From: an uncultured delta proteobacterium
Lineage (GTDB): Bacteria > Desulfobacterota > Syntrophia > Syntrophales > UBA5619
DNA length: 64,000 nucleotides
NCBI GenBank assembly: GCA_963817385.1
Contig: CAWFOM010000012.1
Coordinates: forward strand, 49,514 to 113,513
Direction of reading: 5' to 3'
The translations under genes were made by a program, and so were the position numbers. Within the stretch, counting starts at the first letter, position 1. Every line of letters starts with the position of its first letter. Positions 9,925-18,898 of this stretch are shown here, piece by piece. The notes under the pieces were generated by a model. It saw only the letters and a program-made list of their open reading frames with translations, was not told the DNA's origin and searched no databases.

Positions 9925-9996
9925 GGGGGAAGCTTCAATAATCTTCCTCACGAAATCCATCCGGACGGTGTGTGGATTTCACAGAAGATATCGCCT

Positions 9997-10287
9997 TTAG
10001 TGAAATTTTTGATCGCCTGCCTGGATTTCCTTAACGCGCCCGAATTGTTTCTCGTAGTTGTCAAGGCTTTCTTGCAAGGCGGTGATGATTCTTTTAACGT
10101 GAGACGGACTCACGATGACTCTCGATACCAGATGAACGCCGTTTGGCGAGTTAAAAAGCCAATCAAGGATGAACTCATCCGCGCTATGGGATGCAATCAT
10201 GCTATTGCTGTATCTGCCCCTAGACAGCTCATCACCGGTGTTGATCTGGATTTGTTGGACTTTATCGGTTTTTGCTTGATCATCCAT
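9997..10287 (-). CDS. DUF3467-like protein
   Basis: GRYSN...HS..EFILD, SRVIVSPSHVKR...L..YEKQFG; GGAGG RBS. Confidence 0.8.
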   Translation of the reverse strand: MDDQAKTDKVQQIQINTGDELSRGRYSNSMIASHSADEFILDWLFNSPNGVHLVSRVIVSPSHVKRIITALQESLDNYEKQFGRVKEIQAGDQKFH

Positions 10288-10489
10288 AGTGACCTCCCCA
10301 GACTATCAGAAATCAAATTGACGAGGGTGCCTTTTGCCCACTATTATCCATACCATAATAATTGAGGAAACAATATTCATGATTATCGATTGCAGTCCTG
10401 CGTCGTGAGTGGCGTCGAAACGTCTGTGCGGGAGAAAAAGGGAAGAAGGAGGCCACGCATGGGGGAGCAACACGTACCGGATGAAACTT

Positions 10490-10885
10490 TCACCAGTCGA
10501 CTTTTTTGCGCTCCTTGTGTGCAAAAGCTTTCCGCACCGCAGGCACAAGTTTGTGGAGTTGGTTCTTCGCGACAAAATCTTGGGCCCCGTTGGTTAGGAT
10601 CTCCGTGGCCAGATTTTCTTCCATGACGCCGGTGACAAGAATGAAGGGGACTTCTGCGCATCGAGCTTTTGCTTCAGCGAGCGCCAGCGAGCCGTTGTAC
10701 TGGGGAAGGTCGTAATCGGAAAGAATTAGGTCGGGCGTGAATTCTTTAAGGGCGCACGTATAGTCTTTTTCTGTGATCACCCTTCGCGCAACAAAGTCGA
10801 TTGACGCCTCTTGCAGCTCATATTCAATCAAATCGGCATCGGTTGCACAATCTTCCAGGATGAGAATGCGGAGAATTCTATCCAT
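10490..10885 (-). CDS. Single-domain response regulator (receiver)
   Basis: ILILED, DLILSDY.LP, FILVTG, GAQDFVAK. Confidence 0.9.
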   Translation of the reverse strand: MDRILRILILEDCATDADLIEYELQEASIDFVARRVITEKDYTCALKEFTPDLILSDYDLPQYNGSLALAEAKARCAEVPFILVTGVMEENLATEILTNGAQDFVAKNQLHKLVPAVRKAFAHKERKKVDW

Positions 10886-11255
10886 AAATGAATCTTTTCC
10901 CTCGGTAAATTAAGATTGCTCTATCTTCCTTGTTGGCAGCGTTGATTGAACGATGCCAGTGTATGGCAACGATTATCGAAATGTAATAGGGAGTTTATCA
11001 TAGTGAAGTAGTAGGCGTGAGATAGTATTTGAGTCTTTTTTGGTTGAGCAGACCACGATTGGTGAAGGAAGAAATAAACAATATGGATCCATGCGATAAA
11101 AAATCTTGCATTTCCGGAAAGACTAATTCATACTCGATCCCGGTTAATGTTCACTATCTTTCCACAGTTACCGAAATACGAGAATACCCGCCGAATAGTT
11201 CGGCAATATTATCGGTGTTTCCAAAGAGCAATCCAATTACTAAGGAGGACGAAAG

Positions 11256-11456
11256 ATGCCAGAAGGAAAAGTTAAATGGTTTAATGATTCAAAAGGTTTT
11301 GGTTTTATTGAGCAGGATGGAGGTAAGGACGTTTTCGTCCATCATTCCGCGATCCAGGCTGAGGGTTTCAAATCGTTGGCCGAGGGTGATCGGGTCAGCT
11401 TTGATGTTGTCAGCGGTGCAAAAGGTCCGGCTGCGGAGAATGTTCGCAAGTTGTAA
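11256..11456 (+). CDS. Cold-shock protein (Csp family)
   Basis: [32 protein letters not shown]. Confidence 0.97.
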   Translation: MPEGKVKWFNDSKGFGFIEQDGGKDVFVHHSAIQAEGFKSLAEGDRVSFDVVSGAKGPAAENVRKL

Positions 11457-11479
11457 GACCGTATTGACATATCGATTTG

Positions 11480-11510
11480 AAAGACTCCCCATCACTGGGG
11501 AGTCTTTTTT
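11480..11510 (+). terminator. Intrinsic terminator after csp
   Basis: AAAGACTCCCC-ATCACT-GGGGAGTCTTTTTT. Confidence 0.9.
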
Positions 11511-11542
11511 ATGGAGACGTATTCATCGCGGGGCAGCTTACC

Positions 11543-12457
11543 CTATATTCCCGCGACCAGCAGCTCAACGCGTCGATTTCTTGCCTGACCTTCTTCCGTC
11601 TCATTCGTGGCAATCGGAGAGCTTTCCCCGTAACCCCTGACGGTGATCCGCTCAGGACGGATGCCATGCTTCACGGTGAGATAGGATTCTACGGCTTTTG
11701 CCCTTTGCAGCGAAAGATAATCGTTGTACTTTTCTGTACCGGTGCTGTCGGTATGCCCTGCTAATATGATGTTTGCTTCGGGTATTTTCTCTTTGAGGAC
11801 CAGAGCGATTTCATCGAGAATGGCATGGTACTGCTCTTTGATCGTTGACATGTTAAAATCAAAGTGAATCATTGGCTCGCTCTTGGAGGATAGGTATTCA
11901 TCGAGCTCGAGATACATGCCTTCCCGTTTTTTGCTTTTTTCTCCCTCGCCGGCGGTAAGCGATTGTGAGGCATCATCGCGGCTCGTGACGGCTGCCCTCA
12001 TGTCGGGGCTTTCCTTCTCTCTGCCTTTTCCCCCGCGGTTAGGAGTAAGCCATGCTTGAGCCCCTTTGTGGCCAAGATTGGCTGCTGTTCTCATATCGTC
12101 GCGGGCATTTTCGTTATTGATGATGAATGCGTGAAGCAATCCTCGCTCATAATATGCTTCAGCATTTGTCGGGTCAAGATCAATGGTCTTGTTAAAATCT
12201 GCGAGAGCTTCCATAGCGAATGTCTTATGAGAAGCCATGTATGCCTTAGCCCTTTTGAAATATGCTTCAGAATAATTTTTATCGATCTCGACAGCCGTTG
12301 TGTACATTTTTATTGCTTCTTCATAGACATTCTGCTTTTCATACTCCATACCCTTTTGAAGCCAATCTTGAGCAGTCAGCTTTTCTCTTGCCAATCCGGT
12401 CTGGCAGGAGAACAACGCAACAGCGGCAATGACAAAAAAACATTTGATTTTGTTCAT
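11543..12457 (-). CDS. Exported TPR + OmpA-family peptidoglycan-binding protein
   Basis: Signal peptide, TPR repeats, GHTDSTG..YN..LS..RA and NRRVE OmpA_C motifs. Confidence 0.9.
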   Translation of the reverse strand: MNKIKCFFVIAAVALFSCQTGLAREKLTAQDWLQKGMEYEKQNVYEEAIKMYTTAVEIDKNYSEAYFKRAKAYMASHKTFAMEALADFNKTIDLDPTNAEAYYERGLLHAFIINNENARDDMRTAANLGHKGAQAWLTPNRGGKGREKESPDMRAAVTSRDDASQSLTAGEGEKSKKREGMYLELDEYLSSKSEPMIHFDFNMSTIKEQYHAILDEIALVLKEKIPEANIILAGHTDSTGTEKYNDYLSLQRAKAVESYLTVKHGIRPERITVRGYGESSPIATNETEEGQARNRRVELLVAGI

Positions 12458-12590
12458 AATGCACCTCGAATTGCGGTTAAAGCATTTGCGGTTAAAGCAT
12501 TAGTGGCAACATCCTATCTCTTGTCGAACACTATTTCAAGTATTATCCACCGACTCCCGATGCGTATCTGACGATCCGGAGATACACCCT

Positions 12591-14351
12591 CTATCCCAAA
12601 CCGTACTCCTTGATGGCGATTTCCCTCATTTTGAATTTCTGGACCTTGCCCAAAGGGGTCATGGGAAACTCGTTGACGAATTTTATATAGCGGGGCAGGC
12701 CGGAACCGGGGAGTTTTTCTCGGCAATAGTGAAGAATCTCATCCTGAGTGACCGAGGCGCCCTCCTCCAGTTTAATCCATGCGGCCACGTCTTCTCCGGA
12801 GATCTTACTGGGAACCCCGAAGATCTGAACATTGGAAATCATGGGATGACTGAAGAGGATCTCTTCGATCTCTGCGGGATAGATCGTCTCTTTCCCCCGG
12901 ACGATTACCTCCTTCAATCTGCCGGTTGTCCTCACATACCCGTCGCCGTCCATGGTTCCCAGATCCCCGGTATGAAGCCACCCTTCGGAATCGATGGCAT
13001 TGGCGGTCGCGGCCGGCATCCTGTAGTAACCTCTCATATTCAGTCCCCTGGCGCAAATCTCGCCGATGGCGCCCGTCGGAACCTCCCGGCCGCTTTGGGG
13101 GTCGATCAGCTTCACTACTACGTTGGGGATCGGTTTCCCGACGGTGGAAACCCGCAATTCCAGGGGATCGTCCGGCCGGGTCATCGTGATCCAGGAGGAG
13201 GCTTCCGTCTGGCCGTAACCGATGACAATTTCGCGCACCCCCATCTCATCCACGACCCGCTTCATCACCTCCAGGGGACATTGTGCCCCTCCCATGATCC
13301 CGGTCCGCAGGGATCGGAGGTTACCCGGTGTATATTCCGGATGCTCCATCATGCCGATGAAGGCGCCGGGAGATCCGTAAACCGCCGTACATCGTTCTTT
13401 TGTGATCGCCTCGAGAAATTTCCCCGGATCGAAGGTTTCGGCAGGGATGATGACGGCAGCCCCCTTGATCACCGCTGCCAAGGTGACGCAGATGCAACCG
13501 AACATGTGGGCCAACGGGACGGAAAGACAAAGCCGGTCCTTTTCCGTCAATCTCTGGTTCTCCGCACTGGCCAATGTGGTGTTGATGATCCCGGCGTGCG
13601 TCGACATCACCCCTTTGGGCGCTCCGGTTGTTCCGGAGGTGTAGAGAAGGGTGACGACATCGTCTTCCCGGCAGGAACTCTGTCGTTCGGACAAGATGAG
13701 ATCGGGAACATCCCTCCCCGACTCCAGGACCTCTTTCCATGTACGCATGCCCGGGAAGGTCTGGTCGGAGATCAGGATGAGACGCCTCAGCTCCGGCAGG
13801 GCATGGCAATCCAGGCGCCCCGGTCCGGAAGAGTCGACCTCCGGGCAGAGCTGGCGGATCATCCCGATATATTCGGCGCCCTTGACTCCTTCGGACATGA
13901 TGAGGGATGCCGAATCGGACTGCTTGAGGAGGTATTCAAGCTGTTGGGGCTGGGCATTCGTATCTACACTCACCAGGACGGCGCCGATCTTTGTTGCGGC
14001 CAACTCCGTGATGATATATTCGGATATGTTGGGCGTCCAGAGGGCCAAGTGTTCCCCATACCCAATGCCGAGTTTCAGAAATCCTCTCGCCAACTGGTTG
14101 ACGATCACTGATAATTCGCGATAGGAATATCTCCGGCCCTTGGGTATATCGATCAACGCATCCCTGGCGGGGAACCGGGAGGCCACCTCATCGAATAGAT
14201 CGCCGATGGTAATGCTCAACAATTTCCTCTCCCCTTTCTGTGCGCCAAAGAGCGCGGAAAAATCGATTACCTCATCCAAGGCCGCCTCATGTGCATGGGT
14301 CTCTAATTGAATCCGGATCCCCCGGCCGATAGAGAGGGTGGTGAGCGTCAT
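12591..14351 (-). CDS. AMP-binding acyl-CoA synthetase (true start may be downstream)
   Basis: YTSGTTGAPKG, GYGQTE, GWLHTGDLG, GKVQK. Confidence 0.93.
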   Translation of the reverse strand: MTLTTLSIGRGIRIQLETHAHEAALDEVIDFSALFGAQKGERKLLSITIGDLFDEVASRFPARDALIDIPKGRRYSYRELSVIVNQLARGFLKLGIGYGEHLALWTPNISEYIITELAATKIGAVLVSVDTNAQPQQLEYLLKQSDSASLIMSEGVKGAEYIGMIRQLCPEVDSSGPGRLDCHALPELRRLILISDQTFPGMRTWKEVLESGRDVPDLILSERQSSCREDDVVTLLYTSGTTGAPKGVMSTHAGIINTTLASAENQRLTEKDRLCLSVPLAHMFGCICVTLAAVIKGAAVIIPAETFDPGKFLEAITKERCTAVYGSPGAFIGMMEHPEYTPGNLRSLRTGIMGGAQCPLEVMKRVVDEMGVREIVIGYGQTEASSWITMTRPDDPLELRVSTVGKPIPNVVVKLIDPQSGREVPTGAIGEICARGLNMRGYYRMPAATANAIDSEGWLHTGDLGTMDGDGYVRTTGRLKEVIVRGKETIYPAEIEEILFSHPMISNVQIFGVPSKISGEDVAAWIKLEEGASVTQDEILHYCREKLPGSGLPRYIKFVNEFPMTPLGKVQKFKMREIAIKEYGLG

Positions 14352-14430
14352 GAAGACGGCGCAGGCGGAGTGTGAAGAATACGAAGAGTAGCCTTACGTG
14401 TCAAGGAGATTTATAAAAAGGAGATTTTAA

Positions 14431-14476
14431 TAAAAAGGGACGGACCATCATGTTCGGATAAATGGTTGCCGCCCCC
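14431..14476 (-). terminator. Probable terminator downstream of the SOR operon
   Basis: Minus strand GGGCGGCAACCAT...ATGGTCCGTCCC followed by T6. Confidence 0.45.
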
Positions 14477-14694
14477 ATCTACGAAAAATCCCTATTCGGT
14501 TCGTTTTTTCTCGTTCATCATCGCTTTTATACTTTCGCTGCACGAGACGGATATTTCCTTCTCATGATCGCTCAGGCACTTTAGCATCCCGCCTTGCGTG
14601 GGCATCATTTCCGTTACGCACCCGTAACAAGAAAATACCTTGTAGCTACGTCAGGTACGGGCTGTAATGATACATGGTAAAAAGCATCCCATAC

Positions 14695-15174
14695 TCAGGT
14701 CAGTGCGATGTCGAGGCTCCCTTCCCATAACCCATGGAGGTTGCACGTCTGTCTCGCCAGTAGGGTCACTTTCCCGGCGGAAGCAGAGTCGCTGGAGAGC
14801 ACCACCGTGAATACAGCCTTGGGCTTCAGATACCCCTTTGACTGGAAATCGATCCTTCCGGCCGGTTCATTGCCGATGCTGAGCTCGATATATTCGATCC
14901 AGTGGGCGGGTCCCATCGGGTGAAGCACTTCCCCGACCGCCACTTCCACGAGGAACGGCTCACCTGCGGTTACCCGTGTTGGAGCCGTGAGCACCGGTGC
15001 ATGACTTTTCTCAAGCGGGGTCTTTTGTGCCGGGTCTTTGACCCGATTGATGCCCTCGAAAAGCGACTGGTCCACCTTCGTAGGAAAGTAGCGTTCAGCC
15101 GCGGCAGCCGTATCAGTGATGCCTGCAGCCATGGAAACAACTATCGCGCTTTTGAGAAATTTCCGTCTGTCCAT
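14695..15174 (-). CDS. Tat-exported 1Fe superoxide reductase (neelaredoxin / class II SORL)
   Basis: MDRRKFLK twin-arginine signal; EKSHAP, HPM...HWIEYI, CNLHGLW; GGAGG RBS. Confidence 0.88.
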   Translation of the reverse strand: MDRRKFLKSAIVVSMAAGITDTAAAAERYFPTKVDQSLFEGINRVKDPAQKTPLEKSHAPVLTAPTRVTAGEPFLVEVAVGEVLHPMGPAHWIEYIELSIGNEPAGRIDFQSKGYLKPKAVFTVVLSSDSASAGKVTLLARQTCNLHGLWEGSLDIALT

Positions 15175-15215
15175 CCTTAACACCTCCGTAATGAGATTGA
15201 CTGATAAAGTTTTCC

Positions 15216-16235
15216 TTACGACCAAACCCCGCTGATCTCGGCGCCACATACAGGACATCGACCGTTTTCCACGGTGAGTTTATTCAGACCCATGTATTTC
15301 CTATCCACGATTAATTCATGGCACTGATGGCAGTTCGTGTTCGTTCCCTCCGGGACATTGCCCAGATAGATGTAACGCAGTCCCGCGCTTCGGCCTATTT
15401 CCCTCGCCCTCTTCATCGTTTCCATGGGGGTCGCCATGCGATCATGAAATTCATAATCCGGGTGAAATCGGCTGATATGCCAGGGGATATCGGTATCTAT
15501 CCGGGCCAGAAATTCGGCAATTCCCGCCAATTCTTCATCCGAATCATTCTCCCCCGGAACAACCAGGGTCGTCACCTCCAGCCAGATGCCCAGCTCCTTC
15601 ATGGCGGCGATGGTATCCAAAACCGGCTGCAGACGCGCTTTGCAGGTTCTTTTATAAGAATCGTCACGGAAGCTCTTCAAGTCCACATTGGCGGCGTCCA
15701 GATAAGGCTTGATCGTGTCGAGCGCCTGCCTGGTCATATAGCCATTGGTCACAAAGACATTGTACAGGCCGGCTTTCCTGGCTAACCGGGCCGTATCATG
15801 GGCATACTCGAAAAAAATGGTGGGTTCGGTATACGTATAGGAAATACTCAAGCAGGAGTTTTTCTTCGCATTCGCCACAACCTGCTCGGGCATCATCTCA
15901 CGCCCCGCGGCGATATTGCTGTCGTCCTTGAACGATGCCTGAGAAATCTGCCAGTTTTGACAGAAGCCGCATTTGAAATTGCAGCCGATCGTGGCTATGG
16001 AGTATGAACGGGAGCCCGGCAGGAAATGATAGAGCGGCTTCTTCTCGATCGGGTCGATGTTGGCGGCGATCACCTGCGCATATACCATCGTATAGAGGAC
16101 GCCCTGGAGATTCCGCCTGACGCCGCAGATCCCAAATGACGATTCGGGAATCCTGCATTCATGCGCGCACAGATGACACTGCCCGCTTTTGCCATCCAGC
16201 TTTTCCCAGAACAGGGCCTCTTTAATCATTAGCAT
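15216..16235 (-). CDS. amrS: AmmeMemoRadiSam-system radical SAM enzyme
   Basis: CHLCAHEC, DPIEKKPLYHF, GCNFKCGFCQNW, YTYTEP, PWHISRFHP. Confidence 0.92.
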   Translation of the reverse strand: MLMIKEALFWEKLDGKSGQCHLCAHECRIPESSFGICGVRRNLQGVLYTMVYAQVIAANIDPIEKKPLYHFLPGSRSYSIATIGCNFKCGFCQNWQISQASFKDDSNIAAGREMMPEQVVANAKKNSCLSISYTYTEPTIFFEYAHDTARLARKAGLYNVFVTNGYMTRQALDTIKPYLDAANVDLKSFRDDSYKRTCKARLQPVLDTIAAMKELGIWLEVTTLVVPGENDSDEELAGIAEFLARIDTDIPWHISRFHPDYEFHDRMATPMETMKRAREIGRSAGLRYIYLGNVPEGTNTNCHQCHELIVDRKYMGLNKLTVENGRCPVCGAEISGVWS

Positions 16236-16902
16236 GCCCCCGGTAATCTCTCATAAATCCTTCCAGATCCCTGATCACTTCTTCATCCGTCAGATCATGC
16301 CAATGCCGATAGAAACTGGCAACGGCGAATGGATAATAATGTGAAATGACGGTAGACACCACATCATCAGCGGACGATTTGATAAGCTCCCAGGCATGCG
16401 AGGAGGCGACCGGCACCGCAGCGACAACTGTTGCCGCGCCCTGCTGCCGTATCGATCTGATGGCGGCCACCATCGTATATCCGGAAGCAAGTCCGTCATC
16501 TACGATGATGGCCGTTTTACCCCCAACGGAGGAGGCCATCAGTATTGTCCGGTAAACCGCTTGCCGTCGCCGTATCTCTGCCCTGACCTCTTCGGCATGG
16601 CGCTCTATCTGCTGCCCGGTGAACCCTAACTGCCTGACCAGGGGTTCATTCAGAACGATGGCACCATCTTCCGTAACCGCACCATAGCCTGCCTCCGGGT
16701 TATCGGGAATCGGTATCTTGCGCGGGACGATGATATCAAGGTTGCTCCCCAGTTTTTTCGCCACCTCAACTGCCACGGGTATGCCGCCTCGGGGTATGGC
16801 GAACACAAGGGAATCACTCCCTCGATACTGTTCCAGTCCGCCCGCAAGTATCCTGCCGGCATCGACCCGATTCCGGAAGGGCGGCTCATGATACGTCATC
16901 AT
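16222..16902 (-). CDS. Phosphoribosyltransferase family protein
   Basis: FRNRVDAGR, AIPRGGIPV, IIVDDGLASG PRPP loop. Confidence 0.9.
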   Translation of the reverse strand: MMTYHEPPFRNRVDAGRILAGGLEQYRGSDSLVFAIPRGGIPVAVEVAKKLGSNLDIIVPRKIPIPDNPEAGYGAVTEDGAIVLNEPLVRQLGFTGQQIERHAEEVRAEIRRRQAVYRTILMASSVGGKTAIIVDDGLASGYTMVAAIRSIRQQGAATVVAAVPVASSHAWELIKSSADDVVSTVISHYYPFAVASFYRHWHDLTDEEVIRDLEGFMRDYRGHAND

Positions 16903-16939
16903 TCGATCGCAATGGAGGATGGCATGGTCGTGATGCAAT

Positions 16940-17155
16940 TTAATCCGGCATCTTCCTTCGACCCGACCATTTCCGGAAGACCTCTATTTCCTTGTTCAAT
17001 TCCCCGGCCATGGGGCGTCCATGGGATTCCACGAGTAATTGGTACATCCGGATGACCGTGGCAGCCAGGATATCCTGGGCCCGGAGAATGAACACCGGTT
17101 CCTCGGCAGCGATCCTGGGAATGTCCAGTTTGCCGTATTTACCTGATATAGCCAT
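16940..17155 (-). CDS. Small hypothetical protein
   Basis: 71 aa, EPVFILRAQD motif, tightly spaced in the operon. Confidence 0.7.
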   Translation of the reverse strand: MAISGKYGKLDIPRIAAEEPVFILRAQDILAATVIRMYQLLVESHGRPMAGELNKEIEVFRKWSGRRKMPD

Positions 17156-17252
17156 AATGAAGATCCTTTCTCAAACACACCTGAAGTTCACAAAGGCGCA
17201 ATAGGGACACTCCCTGTTTTGTCTTCTATGCCCGAAGAGCAGCTCACTTCTT

Positions 17253-17519
17253 TCATTTCAAGGCTTCCACACCTGCCTCAAGAGCCTTCTTTATCTTCTC
17301 TTTCTTCCCAATGAGCAACTCCTTCTCCTGGTCTGCCAGTTTCTCGATTTTTTCGCAGACCTCCTCATATTGTTCCTTTGTTTTTTTTAATAATTCCTCG
17401 GCAGAATGGCTGATTTCCTCCCTCGTCTCTTTGCCGCTCTTGGGAGCATAGAGAATGCCCAACACCGCGCCGATGACCCCGCCTATTATGAGTCCCTTTA
17501 CACAATCGTCCGCTGCCAT
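17253..17519 (-). CDS. YtxH-domain protein
   Basis: GGVIGAVLGILYAPKSGKETR followed by a coiled coil. Confidence 0.92.
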   Translation of the reverse strand: MAADDCVKGLIIGGVIGAVLGILYAPKSGKETREEISHSAEELLKKTKEQYEEVCEKIEKLADQEKELLIGKKEKIKKALEAGVEALK

Positions 17520-17750
17520 GTTGTTTTCTCCTTTCTTGAATGCACGGTCACCCTTTCATGGGGGAAAATATGTGCTTTTATTGTACTGATGGGATGGGCT
17601 GAAAACAACGCTGATTGATTGTAAGGGTATTGGTAGTCGATATCTATCAGGATGGAGGATGGCGGGGGCAAGCTACGGGGTAAAGTCGAAGTTTTGTTGA
17701 TTCAGACATTGAGATGCCTTTGAGGCGTACGTGTCTGATTGATATCGGTT

Positions 17751-18857
17751 CTAAGTTTGTTTCACGATCTTTAGAAAATAATTGATTCCTGCCGGTTCCG
17801 TTATCAATTGGACATCTTTCATTTCGCTTTTCGGAATCGCCCTCAGAAACTCGTACATTTCAATTTCTTCGCGATATATCAATTTCCAGTCATAAATATA
17901 TTCCATTACAAACCGAAGGTCTCGGGGATTATTGTAATTAAAGTTTCCTACAATGAGTTTGCCTCCCGGTTTAACCAGACCAAACAGGTTTTTTGTCAGC
18001 GCTGCCGTCCCTCTGGTATCATCCAGGGGATAGGTTTTAATATAGTCGTAGAGACCGGCGCTGTAGACAAGATCAAAATCTTCAGGCTGCAAATCGATCA
18101 GTTCGTATTTCAGCGGGCAGAATATTTTGCGAAAGCCATTGAAATCCCTGCGCGGATGGCAGAATCTCAACATAAAATCTCGCGGAATGGCGGTCCGATA
18201 ATTCCCCGCCATTAAAGTAAACGCATTGGCCAGCGCGTATCGAAAGCGAACATTATGATTTGTCGGCCTGAACTTAATGAGCGTTTCCATGTCATGATCA
18301 AGCGCCATGAAGCTCAAATGGTGCTCTGAACTCTTTTCCAGGACTTCCTTGATTTCCATGGCCGGTCCGGCAGCCAGACTGAGTATCTTTCTTCCTTTGA
18401 TTTCTTGGATTTGTTGAATCAAATACGCTTTTCTGTTGCGAACGGACTGACAGGCTGCTGTAGAAACGGCATGTTTATGCAAAAACTTTCCAAAATTTGT
18501 CCGGCCTTCAAAGGTGTTCTGATAAATGTAATTCATCATCTGGGCGTCGCCCGCATAACCATTGGGTTTATACATGATCCGCCAGTAGAAAGGGGCTTCT
18601 TGGACGATTTGATAATATTGAGTGGTTTTAATATAATGTTCATGGGCCGTTCTTTGTTCCGGGCTAAAGTTTTCCGAAATTTCTGCCAGCGCATCCATGA
18701 GCTGAAACCGCCAGGGATCAAACCGGTCCATCTCTTTCGTCAGCTTTGCCTCCAGTTCACGCCCCTCCTCAGCAAATGAATTCACCCGGTCCCGGATGTC
18801 GAAATGTCCGCTTTCAAGCTCGCTAAACAGCTTTTTAAATCGGATGTTGATATTCAT
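17751..18857 (-). CDS. SAM-dependent methyltransferase, PhcB-like (fatty acid methyl ester signal synthase family)
   Basis: KPNGYAGD, VRNRK, ILSLAAGPAMEI, FDLVYSAGLYDY, KPGGKLIVGNF, DWKLIYR. Confidence 0.7.
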   Translation of the reverse strand: MNINIRFKKLFSELESGHFDIRDRVNSFAEEGRELEAKLTKEMDRFDPWRFQLMDALAEISENFSPEQRTAHEHYIKTTQYYQIVQEAPFYWRIMYKPNGYAGDAQMMNYIYQNTFEGRTNFGKFLHKHAVSTAACQSVRNRKAYLIQQIQEIKGRKILSLAAGPAMEIKEVLEKSSEHHLSFMALDHDMETLIKFRPTNHNVRFRYALANAFTLMAGNYRTAIPRDFMLRFCHPRRDFNGFRKIFCPLKYELIDLQPEDFDLVYSAGLYDYIKTYPLDDTRGTAALTKNLFGLVKPGGKLIVGNFNYNNPRDLRFVMEYIYDWKLIYREEIEMYEFLRAIPKSEMKDVQLITEPAGINYFLKIVKQT

Positions 18858-18898
18858 TGGAAAGACTCCCTTATAATTGATTCTCTATTTTGAAACTA

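Noticed and set aside
14480..14690. Possible structured RNA between the SOR gene and the acyl-CoA synthetase
   Set aside because: Only short hairpins; no riboswitch or sRNA consensus I can recognise
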